DNA of 64,000 nucleotides from Candidatus Hydrogenedentota bacterium (GTDB lineage: Bacteria > Hydrogenedentota > Hydrogenedentia > Hydrogenedentales > SLHB01): assembly GCA_963674865.2 (NCBI GenBank), contig CAXXYE010000009.1, forward strand, positions 1,760,001 through 1,824,000, written 5' to 3'. The notes beneath the pieces are model-generated. The model had not been told where the DNA came from, searched no databases, and worked only from the letters and a program-made list of their open reading frames with translations. Every line of letters starts with the position of its first letter. Position 1 is the stretch's first letter. Positions 39,917 to 50,006 of this stretch are shown here, piece by piece. The position numbers were made by a program, and so were the translations under genes.

Positions 39917-41184
39917 TGCATCGCTCCAAAGTCCTGCGACACATCCGCCTTGGAGTCAAAAACCTCCTCCTCCACAAGCTCCGCTCCATGCTCACTATGC
40001 TCGGCATGGTGTTTGGCGTCGGCAGCGTCATCGCCATGCTCTCTGTCGGCGAAGGCGCCAGCCGCAAAGCCCTCGATGACATCCGCAAGCTCGGTAGCAC
40101 CAACATCATCGTCAGCGCCATGAAACCCGTCGAAGACGAGGCCCAGACCACCACCCGCACCCGCATGAGCGTCTACGGACTCCTCTACGACGATGAAGCA
40201 AGAATCAAAGAAACCTTCTCCGCCGTTGCCCGCACCGCCCCCGTCAAGCTTGTCCGCAAGGAGGGGCGTCTCCACGAACGCTCCCTCGAACTCCGCGTCG
40301 TCGGCACCACGCCCGAGTGGTTCGACCTTGTCCGCCGGCCCGTCGTCGCCGGAAGGGTGCTTCTCAGACGCGACACGCAGAGCCACGCCAAAGTCGTTGT
40401 GCTCACCGAGTACGGCGCGCGCCGGATCCTCGCCACCGAAGGCACCATCGGCCAATCGCTCCGCATTGGGAGCTACTACTACGAGGTCATCGGGATCATC
40501 AAGAGCGAGAGCAGCCAAGGCGGCAGCATCCAGACCCCCGATCAGGAAGTCGACGCCTATATCCCCCTTAATGTCGCGCGCGGCCTGTACGGCGACATCA
40601 CCTACCGCAGAACCACCGGAAGCCGCGAGATGGAGCACGTCGAACTCCATGAGTTGATCGTCGAGGTCAAGACCAACGAAGACGTTGAACCTACCGCCAC
40701 GGGCATCGAGGCCATGCTCGAGCGGTTTCACAAGCGAAAAGACTACCGCATGAGCGTGCCCCTCGCCCTGCTCCGTCAGGCCGAGGCAACCAAGCGCACC
40801 TTCAACATCGTCCTTGGCTCCATCGCCGGCATCAGCCTCCTCGTCGGCGGCATCGGCATCATGAACATCATGCTCGCCTCCGTCACCGAACGCACCCGCG
40901 AGATCGGCGTCCGCCGCGCCATCGGCGCCAAACGCAAGCAAATCATCACTCAGTTCCTCGTCGAAACCGTCGTGTTGTCCATGGCCGGCGGACTCATCGG
41001 CATCGGCATCGGCGTGGCCATCCCTTGGATTATCACCCTTATCGCCGGCATGCCCACCGTCGTCACCGCCTACAGCCTCATCCTCTCTGTCGGCATCAGT
41101 ATGGCCGTCGGCATCCTCTTCGGCATCTACCCCGCCATGCGCGCCGCCAACCTCGACCCCATCGTCGCCCTACGGCACGAATAG
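39916..41184 (+). CDS. ABC transporter permease (MacB/FtsX family)
   Basis: KLRSMLTMLG, ISLLVGGIGIMNIMLASVTERTREIG, PAMRAANLDPIVALRHE. Confidence 0.95.
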   Translation: MHRSKVLRHIRLGVKNLLLHKLRSMLTMLGMVFGVGSVIAMLSVGEGASRKALDDIRKLGSTNIIVSAMKPVEDEAQTTTRTRMSVYGLLYDDEARIKETFSAVARTAPVKLVRKEGRLHERSLELRVVGTTPEWFDLVRRPVVAGRVLLRRDTQSHAKVVVLTEYGARRILATEGTIGQSLRIGSYYYEVIGIIKSESSQGGSIQTPDQEVDAYIPLNVARGLYGDITYRRTTGSREMEHVELHELIVEVKTNEDVEPTATGIEAMLERFHKRKDYRMSVPLALLRQAEATKRTFNIVLGSIAGISLLVGGIGIMNIMLASVTERTREIGVRRAIGAKRKQIITQFLVETVVLSMAGGLIGIGIGVAIPWIITLIAGMPTVVTAYSLILSVGISMAVGILFGIYPAMRAANLDPIVALRHE

Positions 41185-41206
41185 CGCTGGAATCCCGGCG
41201 TTCTCG

Positions 41207-41935
41207 CTACGGATGGGAGAGTTGAGCCACGGCCGCCTCGACTTCCGTCAAACGGCGCCAGAACGCCACCGTCGCGGGATAGCCCGTGCCCATCTCCATC
41301 CACGCGACGTGGCCGTCGGCGTAGAGCACGTTAATCCCCTTGCGGCCGTGGTTCTCTGGGCGGTCGAACGCAACGGGCATGAGTCCCAACGCAGCATATC
41401 CGCGAGCGTCCAACGCCGCTGCGTCGTATTCCGGCGCGGGCAGCCGATCGCCCGCGCGCGCCGCCCGCAGGTAGGTGTCGAGAAAGGCGAGTGCCTCTAT
41501 TTCTGTCGCCAGGCCCGGCCCCAGATACACATAGCTCGCGTTGCCGGGAAATTCGTCTCCGGGCGCGGCGCCGGCGTCTTGAGGACACCTGAGTATCGAG
41601 GTGTCGGCGATGTAAGCGGGAATCAGGGGCTCGCCGGTGCTTGACACCTGGCCCGGGGCGAACATGAACTCGCCCGGCACGGCCGACAACGCCGGCCACC
41701 GCCCCTCATTCTCGCTTTTCCACAGGAAGCAGGCCAGGCCAATCTCCCGCAGGTTCGTCTGGCAATTCGGCGCACTCAGGTTCTTCATGGCGCCCGGAAG
41801 GCAGATCCATACGCCGCCGCACACGGCAATCAGCGCGACGACTGTACATGCCGCCGCCCACCGCCACGGGCTAGGGCGCGTAGTCTTGCGCGAAGCCCCG
41901 TCGTCGTGTTCGTCCGTCATGCGTTCTTGTCTCAA
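41207..41935 (-). CDS. Membrane-anchored H-X9-DG-like protein lacking a canonical prepilin cleavage site
   Basis: Single TM, CQTNLREIG, LRCP, SYVY, NHGRKGINVLYADGHV. Confidence 0.8.
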   Translation of the reverse strand: MRQERMTDEHDDGASRKTTRPSPWRWAAACTVVALIAVCGGVWICLPGAMKNLSAPNCQTNLREIGLACFLWKSENEGRWPALSAVPGEFMFAPGQVSSTGEPLIPAYIADTSILRCPQDAGAAPGDEFPGNASYVYLGPGLATEIEALAFLDTYLRAARAGDRLPAPEYDAAALDARGYAALGLMPVAFDRPENHGRKGINVLYADGHVAWMEMGTGYPATVAFWRRLTEVEAAVAQLSHP

Positions 41936-42059
41936 AGCCGAGCCCTTTTCTCTTCACTATGGTATCACGTGAAGCTATGCCCTCCCTTGAAAAGCGCCCT
42001 TTCTGCCCGTATCATGGCGCTCCTCACGTCCTGGTTTGCATTTTGGCGGAAAGACTCTC

Positions 42060-43358
42060 GTGAGATTCTCAGGTATCAAGCTCGTACTGATCGCCTATCT
42101 CGTGATCGCCGTGCTCATGACCGTATTCCGCCCTGAAGCGGCCGGCCCCCCGACGCCCAATGCCACCCAGATCACTCTCTCCTTCTGGGGGAGCTACGAA
42201 GAGTGGGGCATGTGGCGCGATATTATCGCCGGTTTTCACGCCAAGAACCCCGATATCTGGGTCAAACTCAACTATATTCCCGGCCAATACGACGATAAGA
42301 TTCGCCTTCTTCTCGCCGCCGACTCCGCCCCCGACGTGATGCTCATTCAGGACGAGCCCTTTCCCGTCTACGCCGCATACGGCAAGTTCGCCGATCTCAC
42401 GGACTGGGCCTACGGCCCCGACGTGCCCCTCGATTGGGACACGGCCTTCTGGCCCACCGCCGCCGAGAGCTTCAAGCTCGAGGGACGCGTTATGGGCATG
42501 CCCCTTTGGGGCGGCAACGTCCTCGTCTACTACAACAAGACCATGTTCCACGACCTCGGCATCGAGCCGCCCTCCGACGACTGGACCCTCGACGAGTTTG
42601 TTGCCAAAGCCAAGGAACTTACGCGCGATCTGGACGGCGACGGACGCCTCGACACCTTCGGCTTTTCCTTGCCCGGCTGGGTCTACTTCCTCCCCTGGAC
42701 CTGGGGCTTCGGCGCCAGCTATCTCAACGAAGCCCACGATGATTGGACCTTCACCGGGCCCGAGGCCCTCGACGCGACGCGCTTCTATCAGGACCTGCGG
42801 TTCAAGTACCACGTCGCGCCGGCCATCCAGGACATGCCCGGCGTGCAGGAAAGCGTCATGTTCATGACGGGCCGCATCGGCATGAACGTCAGCGGCCCTT
42901 GGCAGAGCCCGGGGCTCAACACCGCCGGCATTGATTTCGACGTTGTCCACATCCCCGTCGGCCCCGCGGGCCGCCGCTACACCCGCGTTACCTGGGACGC
43001 CCTCTGCCTCTTCGACAAGTCGCCGCACAAGCCCGAGGCTTTGTGTTTCATGGCTTATTGCCTCTCCCTCGAAGCGCAAGGCATCGTCGGGCGCTATATC
43101 CGCTCCGTACCCGCCGTTGTCGCCGCCAAAGACACCTTCATCGACCCCGACAACGGCTGGCACGAAGAGAAGTACATCGACGCCCTTTCGTACGCCCGCA
43201 TGCAGCCCATCTCCTCCAAGTGGGAGGAGATGCGCCAGGTCATCGAGCCTGAGTACGAACGGCTCCTCTTGAACAAGATCACGCCGGAAGAGGCCCTGGC
43301 CAATATGGCCGAAGGCATGCGGGACAACGATGTCTTCCCCATTCGAGAAGCACCATGA
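42060..43358 (+). CDS. Sugar ABC transporter substrate-binding protein
   Basis: APDV, VYYNKTMF, DDWTLDEF, FMTGRIGM. GTG at 42060 within ORF 42036..43358. Confidence 0.9.
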   Translation: MRFSGIKLVLIAYLVIAVLMTVFRPEAAGPPTPNATQITLSFWGSYEEWGMWRDIIAGFHAKNPDIWVKLNYIPGQYDDKIRLLLAADSAPDVMLIQDEPFPVYAAYGKFADLTDWAYGPDVPLDWDTAFWPTAAESFKLEGRVMGMPLWGGNVLVYYNKTMFHDLGIEPPSDDWTLDEFVAKAKELTRDLDGDGRLDTFGFSLPGWVYFLPWTWGFGASYLNEAHDDWTFTGPEALDATRFYQDLRFKYHVAPAIQDMPGVQESVMFMTGRIGMNVSGPWQSPGLNTAGIDFDVVHIPVGPAGRRYTRVTWDALCLFDKSPHKPEALCFMAYCLSLEAQGIVGRYIRSVPAVVAAKDTFIDPDNGWHEEKYIDALSYARMQPISSKWEEMRQVIEPEYERLLLNKITPEEALANMAEGMRDNDVFPIREAP

Positions 43359-44356
43359 CAAGGTCCAAACGTACATACCGGCCTCGCTACCGCTGGCATG
43401 AGAACCTCCAGGGCTACCTTTTCGCGAGTCCCTGGCTGTTCGGCCTTATCTTCTTCCTTTTCGGCCCGATGGTGTTCTCCATGATCCTCTGCCTCTACAA
43501 ATGGAACGGCATCACCGCCTTCAACAGCGCCAACGCCACCTTTGTCGGGCTCGATCATTTCCGCAGGATCTTTCACGAGGATCGCTACTTCTGGAAGGCC
43601 CTCTACAACACCGCCGTCTACGCCGGTTTCAGCGTGCCCCTTGGCATTTGCACGTCCCTTTTCCTCGCCAACCTGCTCAACGCGAAGCTCCGCGGTATCG
43701 CTATCTTCCGCACGATTTTCTATCTGCCCAACGTCCTTGCCGGCGTCGCCACCATCATGATGTGGACCTGGATCTTCAATCCCGATTTCGGCGGTTTCAA
43801 TATCATGCTCGACAAGCTCGGCATCAAAGCCGCCGGCGATGCGTTTATCACCTTCGTCCCCGGCGTCCGGGGCTTCGTCGAGCGAAACCAGATCTCCTGG
43901 CCGCCCCTTTGGGTGGCCGACGAGTTCTGGGCCAAACCCGCCCTCATTATCATGAGCCTCTGGGGCGCCGGCGGCAGCATGCTGATCTACCTCGCCGGAC
44001 TCCAGAATATCCCCGCCCACTTGTACGAGGTCGCCGAAATCGACGGCGCGGGAAAGATACGCCAGTTCTTCGCCATCACCATCCCCATGCTCACGCCCAC
44101 GATCTTCTTCAACCTGATCATGAGCATCATCGGCTCCTTCCAGGTCTTCGCCCAGTCGTATCTTATGACCTCAGGCGGCCCGAATAACTCCACCTTGTTC
44201 TACGTGCTCTACCTTTTCCGAAAGGCGTTTCAGCACTTCGAGATGGGCTACGCAAGCGCCCTCGCCTGGATCCTCTTCGCCCTGATCATGGCCCTCACTC
44301 TGATCGTGCTGAAGTCAAGCAAGCTCTGGGTCTACTACGAAGGGGAGCGACGCTAG
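43355..44356 (+). CDS. Carbohydrate ABC transporter permease
   Basis: GYLFASPW, LAGLQNIP.HLYEVAEIDGA, MGYASALAW. Confidence 0.95.
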   Translation: MTRSKRTYRPRYRWHENLQGYLFASPWLFGLIFFLFGPMVFSMILCLYKWNGITAFNSANATFVGLDHFRRIFHEDRYFWKALYNTAVYAGFSVPLGICTSLFLANLLNAKLRGIAIFRTIFYLPNVLAGVATIMMWTWIFNPDFGGFNIMLDKLGIKAAGDAFITFVPGVRGFVERNQISWPPLWVADEFWAKPALIIMSLWGAGGSMLIYLAGLQNIPAHLYEVAEIDGAGKIRQFFAITIPMLTPTIFFNLIMSIIGSFQVFAQSYLMTSGGPNNSTLFYVLYLFRKAFQHFEMGYASALAWILFALIMALTLIVLKSSKLWVYYEGERR

Positions 44357-45223
44357 ATGGCGCACGGAAACGTCCGATACTGGCAGCGCCGTAGCACCCA
44401 CGAGCGCCTCTGGCGCGTGATCACAATCACGTTTCTCAGCGCCCTCGCCCTCGTCTTCATCGGCCCCTTCTACTGGTCCCTCATCGCGTCCGTGAGCAGC
44501 CTTGAAGGCGTCTATGCCTCGCCGCCTCGCCTGTGGCCCGACACCTTCCACTTCGACAACTACGCTAAGGCCGTCACTATACTTCCCTTCCATCTGTTTG
44601 TTTTCAATAGCTTCTACGTGTGCGTTTTCTGCGTCATGGGCCAGGTCTTCTCCGCAAGCCTCGTCGCATACGCCTTCGCCCGCCTACGCTGGTTTGGCCG
44701 CGACACGTGGTTCGTCATTATGCTGGGCACCATGATGCTCCCTGCCCAGGTCACCATGATTCCCCACTACCAGATCTTCCGCTTCCTCGGGTGGATCGAC
44801 ACGCTCAAGCCGCTTATCATCCCCAGCTTCTTCGGCGGCGGGGCCTTCTTCATCTTCCTTATGCGCCAGTTCTTCAAGACCATCCCCGCGGAGCTCGAAG
44901 AAGCGGCCCGCCTCGACGGCTGCTCGAACATACGCATCTTCTGGGATATCATGCTCCCCCTATCCACCCCGGCCGTTGCCACCATCAGCGTCATGAGCTT
45001 CATCGCCCATTGGCAGAACTTCATGGGGCCGCTCATCTACCTGAACAGTTTCGAGAAGTACACCGTCAGCATCGGCCTGCGCATGTTCCAGAACCTGTAC
45101 GGCAGCTATCCCCACTACATGCTCGCCGCGTCCACCATCGCCCTCATCCCCGTGCTCACCCTCTTCTTCGTGGCGCAGAAGTACTTCGTCCGCGGCATCG
45201 TACTTACCGGAATGAAGGGCTGA
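44357..45223 (+). CDS. Carbohydrate ABC transporter permease
   Basis: RQFFKTIPAELEEAARLDG, AQKYFVRGI. Confidence 0.95.
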   Translation: MAHGNVRYWQRRSTHERLWRVITITFLSALALVFIGPFYWSLIASVSSLEGVYASPPRLWPDTFHFDNYAKAVTILPFHLFVFNSFYVCVFCVMGQVFSASLVAYAFARLRWFGRDTWFVIMLGTMMLPAQVTMIPHYQIFRFLGWIDTLKPLIIPSFFGGGAFFIFLMRQFFKTIPAELEEAARLDGCSNIRIFWDIMLPLSTPAVATISVMSFIAHWQNFMGPLIYLNSFEKYTVSIGLRMFQNLYGSYPHYMLAASTIALIPVLTLFFVAQKYFVRGIVLTGMKG

Positions 45224-45261
45224 GTCCAGTCCGGCCCCGGCCGCGCCCCCGCTTCCCCGAA

Positions 45262-47361
45262 TCACTGCATGTAGCCAAGGGCTCGCAGGGCATCGCGTAC
45301 CTGCGGGTCGAGTTCCTCATCTGCAACGGTCTCGGTGTCGGCTACGTACCAGATGTACACGGCAAACTTCGATGGCAGCACGGTCGGGTCGAACGCGTCG
45401 GGATCGGCGAGCATGTCTTTCATCCGAAGAACGGCACGTCGAAGCGGCCGATGCTTACCCTCGCTGCCGATTGAGATCTCCTCCGGATCGATGGGCTTGC
45501 CGTTGCTCTTGAGCGTGACTGTCAGCTCACTGTCGAGCGGCGCATGAATGTGCAGGTGCGCGTGGTTCTGTTCCAGGGCGCCAAACCATAGGTGGGCGTT
45601 GTGCAGTGTGAAGCGCAGGTCCTCCATCTTGACTTCGAATGTGACGGTGTCGCCGTCGCGTTCCATATGCCCGCTGACTTCCGGATACTGCAGCTCGACG
45701 TCGCCGAATCCCTCGCCCTTGATGGTGCCCGTCACCGTGTTGAAGGAGTTCTCCCCGCCGGTGAGGAGCAGGTGAAAACCTCCGGCGCCGCGCATCGCCA
45801 TCCGCGCCGTGTGATGCTCCAATTGCGGCCCCCACTCAGGAGGCTCCGTCAGAGGATGCATTTCGCCGGGATCGTTGACGAGGTCGTACCAGGATTTCGT
45901 GCCCGCCACAAGATTGTGAATGTACTTCTTGGAGGTCGTTTTGGCCGCCCGTGCGCTGCGCGCGTCGAGAATGAGCGAGGTATATCCGAGGCGGTCTTCG
46001 GCCTCGCCGGCATCGAGCAGGTGCGTGAACGATTTTCCCTGAAACCGGGCGTCCTTATCGCCGCCTACGAGGTCGAGAATCGTCGGCGCGATGTCTACCA
46101 CCTCGACCAGGCCGTCCCGTACCTCGCCCGCGTGGGCCATGTCGGGAAGCTTGACGAGCAGCGGGATGCTGATCTCTTCCTCGAAGAGCGATCGTCCGTG
46201 GCTCATCTCCCCGTGTTCCATGAACTGCTCCCCGTGGTCCGAGAGCACGATGATCAGGGAACTATCGTACAATCCGCGCGCCTTGAGACTCTCTACCAGT
46301 CGCCCGAACTGCGCGTCCGTGTAAGCAATCTCTCCATCGTAGAGTGACTTCTCATGGAGAACCTTCGTTTCCTCTTCATTCCGGCCCTCGTGTTCGGGTG
46401 GGAACTTGGTGTCGTATGGGGGCGGGGGTGTGTACGGCTCGTGCGGCCCCATGGCGTGTACGTACAGGAACCAGGGCTGATTGGCGGCCATGTCGAGCGT
46501 CGCCAGCGCCGTGTCTACGACCTCGGCGTCGTCCGCCTTGGCCCAATGCGCCGAATTGACGTCCACGTACCGGTTGAACTCTTGGCCGAATCCCCATATG
46601 GGAAGGCAGTTCGGGTTGTTCATAATGCCGTGCGTCTCGTATCCCGCCTTCTCGATGGCTTTGGCCAGCGTGGGCAGGCCGGAGCGCATGACATCGGGGC
46701 GATCTTGCGCCCCGTGGACGTTCGGGTACGTTGATGTGAGGAGCGATGCCACCGAGGGCCGTGTCCACGAGGATTGGGGCAGCGCTTCCGTGAACTTGAC
46801 GGCATCCTTGGCAAACGCATCCAGGTTCGGCGACGTGTCGATGGGGCAGCCGTAGCACCCGAGCCCATCCTGGCGGAGGGTGTCGATGAGGAAGACGAGA
46901 ACGTTCGGCGGCGGCTCACTGCGCGGCGTCGAGAATTCGCACGGCCCCACCCAGAATTCCTCCGGGCAATGGAACACGACCGAGCAGCGCGAGGCCCCAG
47001 CGTAAGGCGTGAGATCGACGACCTCGTTCAGCCACACGCGGGTGTCATGCGATTCCACCGTCGTGACGGGCTGGCCGTCGACGAATACGGCCGCCGTCAC
47101 ATGCGCCGGCCGCTCCTCAACATCCGGCATAACGCTCACGCGGAGGAGGGCGTTTTCCGGCACGGCCCCCAAGTCGGCTCGCCATAGGCCCGCCGGCGAC
47201 ACGTGCCACGCGTCGCGCCATTCTTTCTCGCACTCCGCGCGGGTCTTGGGAAGGTCCGTCAAAGACAGCGGTTGCCCGGACTTTTCGGTCAATCGGGGCC
47301 CGCAGCCCGCCAAGAGAACCACAAAGCACGTGGCAAGGATATAAAACCGTCCGAAAAACAT
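45262..47361 (-). CDS. Sulfatase-like (alkaline phosphatase superfamily) lipoprotein
   Basis: Lipobox LLAGC after MFFGRFY; PNVLVFLIDTLR, SSWTRPSVASLLT, HEPY, SDHGE, LRALGY. Confidence 0.87.
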   Translation of the reverse strand: MFFGRFYILATCFVVLLAGCGPRLTEKSGQPLSLTDLPKTRAECEKEWRDAWHVSPAGLWRADLGAVPENALLRVSVMPDVEERPAHVTAAVFVDGQPVTTVESHDTRVWLNEVVDLTPYAGASRCSVVFHCPEEFWVGPCEFSTPRSEPPPNVLVFLIDTLRQDGLGCYGCPIDTSPNLDAFAKDAVKFTEALPQSSWTRPSVASLLTSTYPNVHGAQDRPDVMRSGLPTLAKAIEKAGYETHGIMNNPNCLPIWGFGQEFNRYVDVNSAHWAKADDAEVVDTALATLDMAANQPWFLYVHAMGPHEPYTPPPPYDTKFPPEHEGRNEEETKVLHEKSLYDGEIAYTDAQFGRLVESLKARGLYDSSLIIVLSDHGEQFMEHGEMSHGRSLFEEEISIPLLVKLPDMAHAGEVRDGLVEVVDIAPTILDLVGGDKDARFQGKSFTHLLDAGEAEDRLGYTSLILDARSARAAKTTSKKYIHNLVAGTKSWYDLVNDPGEMHPLTEPPEWGPQLEHHTARMAMRGAGGFHLLLTGGENSFNTVTGTIKGEGFGDVELQYPEVSGHMERDGDTVTFEVKMEDLRFTLHNAHLWFGALEQNHAHLHIHAPLDSELTVTLKSNGKPIDPEEISIGSEGKHRPLRRAVLRMKDMLADPDAFDPTVLPSKFAVYIWYVADTETVADEELDPQVRDALRALGYMQ

Positions 47362-47452
47362 CGCCGCATGGTACAAAAGCGGGGAGAAACGTTCAAATGC
47401 CGTTGCCGAATTGCGCGGCGCACGCCCGGTAGTCCGAGTGTCTCGCGCGCAG

Positions 47453-48580
47453 TCATCCCACGGCCGGTGAACGACAGCGCTGCGTGACGCCATTCGACAA
47501 GCCGTCCCGGCGGCCCGCTTCGAGAGAGGCTGTGGTTCGGGAGTCGTCCACGGCAAACCTTGGAAAGGACCTGGGACAGTCCCGTCTTCGTCCGCCTGCG
47601 GCGGACTCCGCTTGGGACAGTCCCGGTCTTTCGCTCAACCTCTGGGGCGAATGCGACTTTTTCAACAGCTCCTCTGTCCCTGCTTTTCGCGACAAGAACG
47701 TGACGCCATCAGCGTGAATCATGCCACTGCAACCCTTTGTTCCGCTTGAAACGGGCGCCGAAGGCGCCAAGTCGGCTTTGGAAGGAAGGGGTCTTTCCCG
47801 GCATTCCACGGACTCGCAGAGATCTGGGGCCGGTTCCTTCGGCTCTGGCGGTGGAGCATCGCGATCGCCGGGCGGACAGAACGGCAGATTGGCATCCAAC
47901 ATACGCCGAAACCGGCGATACTCGCCGGCAATCCGCAAGAACGCCTCCAGATAGGGATGGACTCTGTACCTTTCGCAGGTGTAGGTGGAGGAAAAGGCCG
48001 AGGTCAGGTCGATGAGCTTCTGTTGAGTCAGCGCCCGTGCCCCCCGAGACATCATCACCTGCAACAACGCCAACGTGTGAACGAGATACCGATCCATCGC
48101 GTCCGGCGCGGACGCTTGCCCATACCGCGCCATGCCGTCCGCCACGACCTCGTCATACTCCGCCTGCTCGTAGGGACACGTATACACCACCGGGCGGCGG
48201 CCGTCCTTGGGCTGCGCCAGTTCCGCCACGTCATCGCCCCACAGCGGGCACGTTCGCCATAGCGGACAATGCTTGCCGCAGACCTGGAGCCGCCGCGAAT
48301 ACAGGCCGTGAAGCACGGCATTGCGATTGCCCTTCGGTGCGCCCGTCAACGCGAATCCCCCGTGGAACCGGCATCGCCCCGAGGGATGATCCGACGTGAG
48401 CGTACATGGCGTGCCTGACATCGTCCGCGCCCCGCAGACCCGCCGTCCCAACTCCTCCTCGACCGCCTCGACCCGCGCAATCCACGCCTCGTCCCACGAC
48501 CCCGCGCACGGCGTCCCCAAGGCCGTATGTTTTCTGTCTTCACTCATTGCCCGAGATCCTACGTTCCCTTTCTCGTTCAT
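47453..48580 (-). CDS. HGGxSTG-motif-like hypothetical protein
   Basis: CGARTMSGTPC...GRCRFHGGFALTGAPKGNRNAVLHGLYS, extra Cys cluster CGKHCPLWRTCP; the C-terminal part reads through a dispersed repeat. Confidence 0.7.
   Translation of the reverse strand: MNEKGNVGSRAMSEDRKHTALGTPCAGSWDEAWIARVEAVEEELGRRVCGARTMSGTPCTLTSDHPSGRCRFHGGFALTGAPKGNRNAVLHGLYSRRLQVCGKHCPLWRTCPLWGDDVAELAQPKDGRRPVVYTCPYEQAEYDEVVADGMARYGQASAPDAMDRYLVHTLALLQVMMSRGARALTQQKLIDLTSAFSSTYTCERYRVHPYLEAFLRIAGEYRRFRRMLDANLPFCPPGDRDAPPPEPKEPAPDLCESVECRERPLPSKADLAPSAPVSSGTKGCSGMIHADGVTFLSRKAGTEELLKKSHSPQRLSERPGLSQAESAAGGRRRDCPRSFPRFAVDDSRTTASLEAGRRDGLSNGVTQRCRSPAVG
47567..47672. repeat. 106-bp dispersed repeat, partial copy of the MITE-like element at 62041..62191
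   Basis: 105/106 identical to 62086..62191; degenerate core also at 51052..51104. Confidence 0.9.
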
Positions 48581-48589
48581 GCCGTTGGG

Positions 48590-48787
48590 AGGGTCACGCT
48601 CCCGCGTGACCCAGGACGTGCAGGAGCACGTCCCTCCCTGGCGCTTTACCTTGGTCGTGGAAGGGTCACGCTCCCGCGTGACCCAGGACGTGCAGGAGCC
48701 CGTCCCTCCCTGGCGCTTTACCTTGGTCGTGGAAGGGTCACGCTCCTGCGTGACCGGGACGTGCAGGAGCCCGTCCCTCCCGGGCGC
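48590..48787. repeat. About three tandem 72-bp units with the GGTCACGCTCCYGCGTGACC hairpin
   Basis: AGGGTCACG at 48590, 48662, 48734. Confidence 0.92.
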
Positions 48788-49144
48788 ATTGTCCCGCGAA
48801 GGCCTGACATCCCCGAGCGGATGCCGTAGGCCGGGGGATGCAGGCTAAAGCCTGAACTCCGAACGCATTCCAGGCGGTGTGAGCCACCTCCCACCCATAA
48901 TCCCAAGGCGTTGCAGTGGTGTCGGTGTAACGGTCTACATCACAAAGGCTTGGCGCCTGTTCCTTAGAAGCAGCTTGGCCGTAGCCGCGTGCCGGGAAAC
49001 AAGGAGTCTTTACTTGACTGATAAGTATTTTAATGCTTTTAATGTGTAAGAGATGGCAGAGGGTGTCGGGCAGGTCTTGGGCGGGGGAAGAGAAGGAGGC
49101 CCATACCGATGAGGGCCTCACCATGCGGTGGTACCGGGGCGGGG

Positions 49145-49564
49145 TCAGTATTTCATGAGGGAGCCGTCGCGGCGGCCTTTCTCGACGGAAATGGAGAAGA
49201 TGAAGACGCTCACGGGGAGGAAGACGAGGGCGATCACGGCGAGGCCGCCCAGTTCACCTCGCAGTTCGTTGAGCGAGTAGCCTTTGAGGAGGGCGAGCCG
49301 CATGGCTTCGAGGGCGTGGGTGAAGTAGCGCGAGAAGGCCACGCCGACGACGGCGAATGGGAAGTAGGCCCCGCCGTAGGCGTCGAGTCGCCCCGCCGTG
49401 CCGCTGCCCATCAGTTTCGCGAGGAAGAAGAAGGTGAGGACGGGGAAGATGGAGTCGAGGAGTTCGAGGATGAAGGCGAGCTTGTAACTCGACTCGACGA
49501 GGAAGTCGCGCCTGATGAAGGTGACGGCCTTATGGCCTAGGGCGTGGGCGGACATAGCAGACAT
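49145..49564 (-). pseudogene. ABC-2 permease with a large in-frame internal deletion
   Basis: N-terminus (RRDFLVESSYKLAF) joined directly to the C-terminus (THALEAMRLALL...GRRDGSLMKY); only 139 aa. Confidence 0.7.
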
Positions 49565-49616
49565 CCTTTCGATGTAGACGTACGGGGCTCTTGCTGGAGG
49601 TGAGTGCTGGTTATGT

Positions 49617-49947
49617 CGCCCCTAACGGGGCTTGGTTCGTGGGAGATGCCTGCTCCCACGGCTTACGCCGTGGGCTAGCGTCTTCCGCCCGCTGTGCGGG
49701 CTATTCAGTGCGTCGGCGACGAGGCCCGTGCGTAGAGCGTGTCGGACTGGCCCAAGTCCGCACGTACGCCGGGCAGGGTTCACGCCAATCGCGGGGATAT
49801 GCAGGCTGGACGCCTGCGCCACAATGAGCGGCCGGAGCTTGTCCATGCGGGCGTGCGCGGGGATATGCAGGCTGGAAGCCTGCGCCACAATAGGGCCCTT
49901 CTCGTGGAACTTCTTCCGAGAGAGTGCTCAAGCTGAAGCTTGAACTC
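49617..49947. repeat. Mosaic of REP-like palindromes from three families
   Basis: CCCACGGCTTACGCCGTGGG hairpin; 35-bp direct repeat at 49791 and 49857; CTCAAGCTGAAGCTTGAACTC at 49927 (identical at 55947). Confidence 0.8.
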
Positions 49948-50006
49948 GAAACGTGTCGCGAGTGTCGGGTTAAGCAAGTGTTGTAGGGAGAAGCTGGGCG
50001 CACGCA

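Noticed and set aside
47453..48580. Prophage around the HGG-motif gene
   Set aside because: No terminase large subunit, portal, capsid or integrase genes nearby.
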